Assembly: GCA_009602725.1 (NCBI GenBank)
Contig: WELB01000005.1
Location: 333,033-397,032, forward strand
DNA length: 64,000 nucleotides
Origin: Spirogloea muscicola
Lineage: Eukaryota
Direction of reading: 5' to 3'
The position numbers and the translations under genes are program-made. The notes under the pieces are model-generated. The model had not been told where the DNA came from, made no database searches, and saw nothing but the letters and a program-made list of their open reading frames with translations. This document shows, one piece after another, positions 46,701 to 57,030 of the stretch (its first letter is position 1; each line of letters opens with the position of its first letter).

Positions 46701-47356
46701 TGGTGAAGTACCCTGGCTGTCAGTCAAGAATTTTGAGGAGGTCTGCGGGTCAGGTGCACAGGTCTGCATTGTGGCCCTCGTCGCCTCTGCCCACGCAGGT
46801 GATGGTGCACGCCAACTCTTGGGCGAGGTAAGCATTTGTGTCAAAAACCTCAAGAATAGCTTGCTCAGTGATTCATTCGAGTCATTGCAGGAAGAAACTA
46901 TAACTGAAGCACAAGCACAATGTAGCAAGTCACGCCGGTTGTAATGATTAGCACCTGAGCCGGCCATTCGCTGATTGATCGATTTGAAGCTAGCCAATCG
47001 CTCGAATTATCAAAATGCTGGGCAGCGCTGCTCTTGACAGCAAAGTCCTGACTGAGCTACATGCACAGGTATCTCAAATACGCAGCAATGGTGTTGGCGG
47101 GCGGCGCTCGGCGGCTGTGATCCACTATGGCCTGGTGGATGCAGGCGTCCACCGTGCCTTGCTTCGGGCTTTCCCTGGCGTGACGCCGCCGCAGAAACCA
47201 TCTCAGGTGGTTGTGTTAGCGTACAAGGCCAAGCGACACCGGTACGCCGTGCACGAGGGGGCCACCACGGTTGCTGCCTTGGGAAACTTTGTCTCTGCTG
47301 TGCTCGATGGTGACGTGCACTTCCAGAACGTCAATATGAATTTCAGGACCTTCTGA
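43707..47356 (+). CDS. ER DnaJ protein with G/F-rich linker and non-CXXC thioredoxin-like folds (ERdj3A/TMS1-like)
   Basis: Signal peptide [28 protein letters not shown] domain [46 protein letters not shown]. Gly/Phe-rich linker, then [26 protein letters not shown] and [12 protein letters not shown]. Confidence 0.88.
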
Positions 47357-48239
47357 CAGCAGGAATGTCTTGAGATTATACAATTCATTCTCTCAAGCTT
47401 GCTGCATGATTTTGCATGTGGCTGTTGTTTAGCTTCGGGGGCTTCCTTGGGAATGGCTGTCTGGCTGTGAAGCTTGGCTTATGAGAACTCTGGGCTTTTG
47501 AATTCCAAAGCGTGCAATGCAAGGTGCAGGGCTTGCTTGAAACTTGGTGTTAAGGGTTCTGCAAAAAATAAAAAAGGCGAAAGGAGATAGAGCGGCCCTG
47601 AAGTCTAGAGTTGTAGTCCATCTTAAGATAAGAGGAGGAAGGTCGCTCAGATGGGCTGGCTGCGCAAAATTACTTCACGAAGAGCTACTGACATTGGAAT
47701 CGAGACCTAATCCGGGTGGTAATGATTCTCGAACAAGTACGTCAACTTGAGTTTGGGGCAAGACAAGCACTTGAAATGTCGTCCATGTTCTCAACGTCAG
47801 CACCATTCATAGTTTGTCAACGGAGAAGCCTCAGGAGCCTGACAAAATTTGCCAAGGTGGCAGAACAGTTGCTTCGTCATTATTGTCCCCTCCTGATTCA
47901 GAAGTTTCATAGCTGAATCCTTGAAGAGTATGTATGAAGCCTATTATTGATCCTCTTCACAATCAGACATCTTAATTAGAGTATGTAAGACAGAAGCCAT
48001 GTGTGTGAGATCTAAAATGAGCCCTAGCGCCCTTGGCTGTCAGCGCCCTGCGATCACCTTTCCCATGGCATGCCTTCCCTCTGTTTCGCAGGCCTTACAG
48101 GAGGAAACCAGGCTCCTCACATCAGGCCCTGCAATTTGCATTTATTGCTTTATGCATTTCCTTAACAGCGTCGCATGCTGCTTCTCTGTAGAAGGCCAAC
48201 ATCAGCAGCAGCTGCTCTTCCCCTGTCACTGGCCCCTGC

Positions 48240-50300
48240 TGGCCTTCTAGCCCCTCGAAATTTGTTCATTCTTCTTCCTGGGCTGGTCAATCACAGCCAC
48301 CGCCCTCTACTGAAAGAGTCTCCCACTCCTTTCCAGCTGCAGGTTACTCCGATGTGCTGCGGACTCGGGATCACTAAGCTCCCATTCGCTGTAGCGTCTT
48401 GCATAGCTGTGGGCCTTGTTCATTCTTTCTGGGCTAGCCATTCACAGCCCCCGCCCCCTTAGGAAAAGCTCACTTCCGTGTCTCTTGTAAGAGACGGAAA
48501 GGAGCTCTTCTCTGTAGGCAAGCGATCCCTTGTCCATTCTTTTGGGCTGGCCTCTCACAGCCACCAGTCCATCTGGCCGCGCTTTCTTTGTAAGAGAAAG
48601 AGAGAGACGGCACGCGGTGTGCATGAAAATAATAGGGAGGCCAACTCTAGCCTTACAAATGTCCTGTTAAGTGGGTAATGAGCTGGCTTAGGGGGACACT
48701 AATATCCCGAGTGAGCACATGCATACCTGACAAGCTATACTGAGGCGCCAAACCACCACCACGGAAGCCATTAGCCTCGGATCACCCGGTGGGAGACGAG
48801 TTTGTCCCACTCGCCGACGACGTACACGTGGCCTTTGGCGCAAAATGGCTTGACCTGCTTCACCACCTTGCGCGGCGAGCAGCGGCCCGCCGCCACGAGC
48901 AGCAGGGCAGGCAGCCTGGGCTTCAATGTCGCCGGGTCCCTCGCCCAAGTCTTCCGGATGCGCTTGGCCGTCTCTTTGCAGCGGTCCCTTGCCTTCGCGG
49001 TCCACTTGCGCGCAGGCCGCGCTTCGGCGGCGGCCTCCGGCTTCCGTCAGGGCGACGTCTTTCCGCGTGCTAGCTATTCAGACTTGCATCTACTGACTAG
49101 AGGTTACGGAGAGTCCGCTTGCTGCTGTCTCAGTCCTTAGCACTCCGGCTCCTTCAGACCTTGTCCATTCTTTTGAATGAATGGCATCGCCCCTGGCAGA
49201 CCCGGCCGCCGGTCAATGGCCTGGCGGGCAAGCCGCTGAATGAGATCGAGCCAGCGGCCGAAAGCCCCGTGTACATCCATCGCCAGGGGCCGCGAATTCA
49301 TCCCCCACCGGGTGATCAGCATATTTTCGCTCCTTGCCCTGGGCCGCCTGGCCGTCCGCGCCCAGCTGGATGGGCATGATGGAGGAGTTCTCCACCGCGA
49401 CCTTGAAGCCGGCCTCCGAAAGAAGCAAGCGCGGCCAGATTAACTGGTGGCTGGGAGAAGAAGTGGCTCTCCCAATGGGGGCAAGGGCTGTGAGAAGCCA
49501 GCCCGAAAAAAACAAGGTTCGAAGGGGCCAAACTACGAGCTAAGCAGAGGGCTGGGAGAGGCCAGCCCAAAAGAATGGACAAGGTCTGAAGGAGTTCCGA
49601 AAGAAGCAAGCGCGGCCAGATTAACTGGTGGCTGGGAGAGGCCAGCCCAAAAGAATGGACAAGGTCTGAAGGAGTCGGAGTGCTAAGGACTGAGACAGCA
49701 GTAAGCGAACTCTCAGTAACCTCTCGTCAGTAGATGCAAATCTGAGTAGCTAGCAGGCGGAAAGACGTCGCCCTGACGGAAGCCGGAGGCCGCCGCCAGA
49801 GCGCGGCCTGCGCGCAAGTGGACCGCAAAAGCTAGGGACCGCTGCAAAGAGACGGCCAGGCGCATCCGGTAAACACCCCCTGCATACCATCGCGCAGGAG
49901 GTCGTGGGAAGCGGTCCGCTCGCCCCCGCAAAGCAAGCGCTTGCTTACTGAGAGTTCGCTTACTGCTGTCTCAGTCCTTAGCACTCCGACTCCTTCAGAC
50001 CTTGTCCATTCTTTTGGGCTGGCCTCTCCCGGCCAAACTGGGGCCATGTTCTGCCATAGCCTCTTCAGGCCCCGCAATCGCTGCTTAGCTCGTAGTTTGG
50101 CCCCTTCGAACCTTGTCAATTCTTTTCGGGCTGGCTTCTCACAGCCCTTGCCCCCATTGGGAGAGCCACTTCTTCCCGGCCACCAGCTAATCAAGAGAAG
50201 TGCGCGCCCATAGAAAAGAGGGGCTGGCAAAGCCAGCCCAAAATAGAATGGACAATGTCCAAAGCCAAAGACGAGGCTAATCTGGCCGCGCTTGCTTCCC
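48240..50300. mobile_element. Nest of CRE-like non-LTR retrotransposon 3' fragments in alternating orientations
   Basis: (+) 48780-49175: DHPVGDEFVPLADDVHVAFGAKWLDLL../FRMRLAVSLQRSLAFAVHLRAGR..SYSDLHLLTRGY. (-) 49190-49420: EAGFKVAVENSSIMP..GKERKYADHPVGDEF. (-) 49713-49870: RMRLAVSLQRSLA..LTRGY*. Multiple 3'-UTR units. Confidence 0.85.
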
Positions 50301-50668
50301 AGCGCTTGGGAGCGCTGGAGGGACAGACAATCGCATGCGGTAGCAAAACGAGGGACAAGAAGGAACAAAGTACGAGTAGGGGGGCAGGGGATTCTGCCGC
50401 TTCTCCGACGGGCTGTTGCCGTGCCGCGCAGCTCGCGGCGGCGTCACCGTCACTCTGTGAGCGCCCCCGCGAAGCCCGCCGCGGCAGCCGGCGAGAAACC
50501 CGGCGGCAACCCCGGGCGGCGGGCGGCCCGCCCGAGCTGCGCCTGCGGCGGGCNNNNNNNNNNNNNNNNNNNNNNNNNNNNNNNNNNNNNNNNNNNNNNN
50601 NNNNNNNNNNNNNNNNNNNNNNNNNNNNNNNNNNNNNNNNNNNNNNNNNNNNNNNNNNNNNNNNNNNN

Positions 50669-53600
50669 ACGAGGCGGCGCGCCCGCGCTCGCAGCTTGCT
50701 CCCGGCGGCCCCTGTGGCAGCCCGTGCTCTCACGGTAGCCGCAGCCGCCGATGCCGGGGCGCTGGCAATGGCCGCCGCAGCGAGTCGCCGCCGCCGTCGT
50801 GCTCGCCCACTGACGGCGTCGAGACGGTGGCCGTCGCCGCAGGACGTGGAGGGCGCCGGCGGCCGGCCCCGGCAGCGGCGGCGGGGGCGGCGATGGCAGC
50901 GACGTGGCGGTGCTGGAGCGGGAGGAGGAGGAGGAGGGAGGGGGGGAGCTCCCGCAGAACCCCTTCCGGCAGTTCCTCCGCGACGCTCGGTGGGCTCTCG
51001 ACTACCACAGCCCTGCTAGTCTTAACTAAGAAGTTATCGCAGCCCTGCCGTTTGGCGAAGCCGCAAACCGCCATCGAACTGTTGCTTCGTTTGCTCTAGC
51101 CTGCCACAGTCGTGCTGGTCTTAACTAGAAGTTGTCGCAGACCTGCCGTTTGGCCAAGCCGCAAACCGCCATTAGAGCGTCGTCGCCGCTGATCTTTCCG
51201 TCTCAACTCCCTACTTCCCCGCTCTCCTCTGCCTAATATAGTCCGATAATGTGATTATCATCACCCTCTTTATGCACCTGGCTGGCCATAATAGCCGCTC
51301 TTTTGATGTCAGCAGCCGCTTGCTTCCCTCCCTCCTCCCAGCCGCGCTGCGAAAGCCAGCCTCGAGACAGTGAGGCGAGACGAGGTCGGGCTCGAGATTG
51401 TTGCGCTAGCCCTTCCCGCCGCGCTTGCCGCCATGGCGGAACCCGTTGCCCAGCTCACTGAGACCGCGTTCATAGCCCGCGCCGGTACTCGCCCCCCTCC
51501 AATGCTTGGCGTCCACCCACGTCGTCGGTCGGTTGGCCATGGCCACGGGGAGTCCAGACAAAAGTTGGGACTGCAGTCTGCCTGGTGGCAGTAGGAGCGG
51601 CGGAGGAGGCATGACACTCCCCCGTCCTGGCTTTGTGTGATGCCAGCTCGGCTCTGCAGGCCGATGAGCTTGGCGTCAATGTCGCCGCACTAGCCGTGCC
51701 GGCCATACTGGCCCTGGCTGCCGAGCCTCTCGCGTCGTTAGTCGACACGTACTTCATTGCAGACCTAGGTACCCCGCCATTGGGCCCGCATTACTTTGCT
51801 ACTAAACTACATCTGCCCCTTAAATTACAAATTCGATATGACTAGAGCTGATGTCACCTGGGTTCTCAGCTGCTCCTAAGTGGTTAGAGTTGTCCCCGTG
51901 CTAATTTCAATGACTGCTGATATTCTGGTTGTGCTATCTTTCGCATGTTCCTGTTTGCTTGTGTTGCTGCACCTACTTAGGATTTCTGCACTGTCGTGCT
52001 CATGAGTGCATGATTCAGTAGGCTTCAATCGATTGATCAGTTGAGGATTATATCTCAGGCTTCACTGCAGGTTCAGTTAACTGCAACTGTAGTTGTTGAC
52101 TGTAGCTGGCTCTCACATGTGCAGGCCCAGTGGAGCTGGCTGCGGTCGGCGTGTCGGTCTCCATCTTCAACCTCGTGTCCAAGGTGTTCAACTTCCCGCT
52201 CCTTAGCGTCACCACGTCATTCGTGGCCGAGGATGGCGCACTGGGCGTGGATCTTGGTCGGGTGCCACCGAGGAGCCAGCAGGGCCGGCAGGAGCTGTTG
52301 GCCACCAAGGGCTCTGACCAGGACGCCAAGGAAGCCCTTCTGCCGGCCGGTACGCAGTCCCCCCCCTCCTCCTTTAGAGGTTTAGGGTTTACAGTGTCGG
52401 GTTTAGGGTTTTGGGTTTTGGGTACCGGGGTTTAGGATGACGGTTTTATTAGGTATGAGATTCTGCCAGTCATTCAATCTGCTCTCATCAACGACCAAGC
52501 ATGGATCACCGAGGCAAATAGATCTCTCTATCTGGCAGCTCAACAGCACCTCGCGGTGTCTTAGCAGCTATGTAACAATACTGTGAAACAAATCTGGTGG
52601 CTTATTGCTCTCCTGCTAGAAATAGGATCCTGGCTTTTAGCTGGGTCTACAGAGAATGCTGCACCTAGTTGCTGTCATTAATGCTACCCCCTAATTGTAG
52701 TTGTGATATGACCTGAGCGAGGTGAAATTGAGGTAACCTTGGCTTGGCATGATCAAGTCTGAAATGCTTACAGTCTGAAACGAAGATAAGTAACCAAAAT
52801 TGCCTTTGAAGCATGTCATCTGTCTGCTCGGCCGCGCCTGCGCAGAATGGGTGCAGGCGCCAAGGCCCGTGGTGCCTGCCATCTCGGCAGCGCTCGTGCT
52901 TGCGACGGTGCTGGGCGTCGCCGAGGCACTCATCATGTCCCTTGCGAGCGGCCCGATTCTGAACATCATGGGGGTTCCGGTGGTGAGCTCGGCCGCCATC
53001 TCAATCTTTCAGCAGGTTGGCCATGTGCTTTGAGAGGCGGCTGTAGGTGTGGCACCTGATGCAGCCGTCTTCGGCTTGTATCCTGGGCAGGTGTCAGCCA
53101 TGCGGGCCCCTGCGCAGAGCTACCTTAGCTTCCGTGCGCTCGGAGCACCCGCCGTGGTCCTGGCCATGGCCACCCAGGGCGTCTTCCGTGGCTTCAAGGA
53201 CACGCGCACACCCCTGTTCTCCACAGGTACTTTGTCGTTTTGGCCTCTGCGAAAAGTATACATATAAGATGACGGACTATTTTGGGACATGGAAGGTGAC
53301 CCTGAGACTCGAGGGTTGAGTCAACACTTTGCTTGATGCTGATTTTCAATACCTGTATATACATGTGATCACGTGGTCTGTGCTTCCATTTTCTCCTCTT
53401 GCACTTGCCAAGTATGACTACTGTTTCTGCTCAAGCTGGTCGTGGTGCTGTCCTTTGTTGTCTGCATCACAGGCCCCGGACCCTTCTGCCTGTATCACTT
53501 TGTACATTCAGAAGCTGATTCTCAGATTCTCTGTCCTATGACCAGTTGCTGGGAGCGCGGTAAACATCCTGCTGGATCCCGTGCTCATGTTTGCCTGCGG

Positions 53601-55995
53601 CCTGGGCATCAGCGGCGCCGCCATTGCCACTGTGGCATCGCAGTACCTGATTGCTGGAGTGCTGCTCTGGAGTATGGCAGAGCGCGTCACGCTCCTCCCG
53701 CCGCAGCTCCGGGACCTGCGGTTTGACCGCTTTCTGAAGTCGGGTGCGTCACGTGCATGTGTCCTCATATGGGGAGTAGCGGTGGTGGAAGCCATGATCC
53801 TTTGCCTTATCTGAAAGTGCCCCCTGAATGAGTGTTTGTGCTTCAATCAATGGATAAGTCTTTACTGGCACAGCCGAGCTGACAACTATCTCATTGAGCT
53901 GCTTGGTAATTGCGGGAGCTGGGTCCTGAAGGTTAGCGGAGGTTTTCTGACTGCTGCTGGAATAACAGGCGGCCTGCTGTTAGGGAGGACGCTTGCCCTC
54001 CTGTCCACCATGACGCTGGCAACGTCCATGGCGGCGCGCCAAGGCACAACGCCCATGGCTGCCCACCAGATCTGTGCCCAGATATGGCTTGCGTCCTCGC
54101 TGCTATCTGACTCGCTCGCCCTCGCTGGCCAGGTAGGCAACCCTAGCAACTCTTTCCCATTTCCTGCATTGATGCTGACAGAAGAGTAAGTGCATCAGTG
54201 ATCAGACTGCCGGCATAGACGGGCCCGACATGTGAACTTTGATTTCAGGGTAATGCTTAATTGAGCTCTACCGCTAATTGAGTTGTACCGCTGTCAACCT
54301 CATAACGTGCAGTCTGATAAGTGTCTGCAGTCCATCCATCTACTATGGAAGTTGTGCTCTAGTCCTTGCACCTGTTGCATCGCTTGAGAGAAAGCCGCGC
54401 AATCTCCATAGACTTCCATGGCCCTTAAGGACGCATTACCCAAATTTTGATTTTGTCTTCTGACCTGTCCCACAATGTGTCTTACAAGCCAGACTTTGCT
54501 GGCGAGCTCCTTTGCACAAGGTGATGCCAGGAGGGTCAAAGCCATCACATTCCGTACGCTGCAGGTGCCTGCAAGTCCCTTCCCAGTCCCCACTCTCTGT
54601 GCAGTAGTTGAGCAAGACTGTGCCTATGGACAGTATTTCTGCGCAGTTGCACTTGACGCCTATGCCTCGCCAAGCAGGAGCAAAACCCAACAGAACAGCA
54701 CACCGAAACTGCTGATATTGTGTGTGAGTTGCTCTGATGTGCAGCTGGGCTTGGCCATGGGCTTGACAATGTCAATCATCTTGTCAGTCGGTGCCAACAC
54801 CTTCCCTCGCATCTTCACACAAGACGCAGGCGTGCTCGGGGCTATGGCTGTCATCATGCCGGTACAGCAGACCACTGTCACTACCCAACTTGCATCAGCA
54901 TGTCCTAGGACCTGAAGCTGTGGCTTGCCCTATGCCCTACAGCTGATGAGGCATATTTTGACACTAATGTACTAATAAAATGATGTACTAATAAAAGGAC
55001 AAAGAAGCCTTGCTTATAGGTGCAGGTTCATACAGTAGGGTGTAAGGTAGAAGTCTGGGGTTCATGAGCATGCTGCACTCAAGTGCCAACCTGACCATGG
55101 CAGTCCTTCCACTCCTGTTCCACTCGTGCCAGTTTGTAGCTGCAACGCAGCCAATAACCTCAATAGCCTTTGTCTTTGACGGCTTGCATTACGGTGCTTC
55201 AGACTTTTCTTACGCCGCAGTGGCCATGGTGAGCACAGAGCCTCGTCCTTGCCCGTTTGGAATCAATTTGTGCAGTAGGTGGACCTGACGCTGCAGCCTC
55301 TAGCTTTGTATCCTTGGATACGGACCATCTTGTCTCAAACCTTAGATAACTTGATCACTTAAAATCGAATTGGGTTTCAAGTAAATCAAGTACAGGCACA
55401 GTATGCCAGTGGCAACCATTGGACAATATGGAAATTGATTGGTTGTCCTATTTATTAGCATCGCTTTCCAGCCGCCTGTCAGCAACATCCTTGCTGCTGC
55501 AGGCAAGGGGGATAAATTTTCTGATGTGTGCAGCTGGTTCTGCTGGCAGATCCTGTCGTCTATCCCGTGCGTTGTGGTGTTGCTGTTGGCGCCCCACCTC
55601 TTTGGCCTTGCCGGCGTCTGGATGGGCCTCACACTCATCATGTCGCTGCGCATGTTCGTGGGCTTCGCCAGGTGTGCCCAGAGGCCTTCTTGAGCACCAC
55701 AGCAGATTGTGAATGTGGACTTTGAAAGCTACCCAATAATAACAAGCCTTGCTTGTGGAAGTTGCTGCAAGAATTCATGTGCAGTGTGTATGTGTATATG
55801 ATGGAGTAAGTGCTGTGGTCGTGCAGCAGTGCATGCGGACGTGTAAGAGCTTGAACCAACTTCACCCTCTTTGATACTTGTGTGCACTTTGACTGTAGGA
55901 TTGGCACAAAGAGCGGGCCATGGCAACTCCTCAATGGGGCGGATCTGCAAGCTGTGGCACGGCCAGCCTCACTCAAGGGCTTGAGGGTAGAGTAG
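50669..55995 (+). CDS. MATE efflux transporter, DTX42-45/FRD3-like clade, probable plastid transit peptide; ATG probably in gap 50554-50668
   Basis: Arg/Ala/Ser-rich N-terminal exons, then FLRDAR|..DELG..ALAVPAILALAAEPLASLVDT, GPVELAAVGVSVSIFNLVSKVFNFPLLSVTTSFVAE, QGVFRGFKDTRTP, VNILLDP, MAAHQICAQIWLASSLLSDSLALAGQ, AFVFDGLHYGASDF and C-terminal RIGTKSGPW; stop at 55993-55995. Confidence 0.93.
51342..51484 (+). CDS. MATE alternative TM1 exon A (candidate mutually exclusive exon)
   Basis: Polypyrimidine acceptor cctcctcccag| (phase 2). Encodes RAAKASLETVRRDEVGLEIVALALPAALAAMAEPVAQLTETAFIARA. Donor g|gtactc (phase 1). 143 nt. Confidence 0.8.
51647..51768 (+). CDS. MATE alternative TM1 exon B (candidate mutually exclusive exon)
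   Basis: Acceptor gatgccag| (phase 2). Encodes SALQADELGVNVAALAVPAILALAAEPLASLVDTYFIADL. Donor g|gtaccc (phase 1). 122 nt. Confidence 0.85.
52372..52436 (+). repeat. Degenerate TTTAGGG array in a MATE intron
   Basis: ctttagaggtttagggtttacagtgtcgggtttagggttttgggttttgggtaccggggtttagg. Confidence 0.8.
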
Positions 55996-57030
55996 GTGCA
56001 GGGCCACCCAAGCTCTCTGCTGAGGTGCGGCTAAGTATGAGATGCAAGCCCCATGGGCTTTTGCTGCAAACCTTTGGTGACTACGCTGGTCAGGGCTCAC
56101 AAGCAACTGGCGGCACCCATGGATGATCTGTGTTCCAGTGCGTCAGGTGTACCTCAGCTGCCGGCATCCATACGTCAGTCTTCAGTGTACAACTCTGTAC
56201 TACTCCAGAGCGACAATAGCAGCAAGAGGCGACTACCGGGGCCGTTAGTGTGTGCTCGTGCTTATACGGTTAACAGCAGCATGCACAGCTGTACTCGCAA
56301 GGCCGAGGGTTTTGTGGCATACAGTGCTACCTCCAGTCCGCCACCTAAAGGGGGAACCAAGGCAAACCGATGCGTGGGAAATCAAGATGTGTTGTAGGAG
56401 GGCGAGGGGGTATGACAGGAAGAAACAAGTTGCACGGTTGCATGGTGGTGACACTGAAGGGCCACTGCGGACTCTGTGAGCCTCAACAAGAGGGGAGTCA
56501 TGCTGCACTAGTGTTCACAAGGGCAATCTACGAGCAGCCACTGCAGAGCCCGGCAGTCCAGGAGGCAGGGATGCCTGGCAAGCGGCAGCAGCACAGATGG
56601 AGGCAGTGGAGCCTGGCACTAAGTTGCTCCATGTGTCATTGACCAGGCCGAGCTGTGGAGTGGAGTGCGCCTCCATCATGCACCAGCCTGAGGTTGTGCC
56701 CAGGACTGTACTGTAATAAGTGCTTTGGCAGCTTGGCGCCGCAAGCAAAAGAAGAAAAGAATGGTGGGTGGCAACTCCCTCGCAGGCCAACTGGCGGCGC
56801 CGGCCCATGACTTCTGTGCCAGATCAGTGCAGCCTGGTGTGAGGCCAGTCCCAGCTGCGCACAATTCAGGTGCTGTGACCACCAGCCGGTGAAGTGGCTG
56901 CTCTATGTGGCGTGCACCGTTGAGCTGCCTGTGCTGGTGAGCCGCCACAGCTGGCTCCGCAGCGTCACGGCCGTCATAAACCCGAGGAGGGAAGGAATGT
57001 GGGTTGAAAGATGGGCCTGCCGAGTGCCGT

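Noticed and set aside
48520..48570. Shared hairpin motif as an snRNA, SL RNA or ribozyme gene
   Set aside because: No match to U1/U2/U4/U5 or hammerhead/HDV cores that I can recognise; kept only as a retroelement-associated motif.
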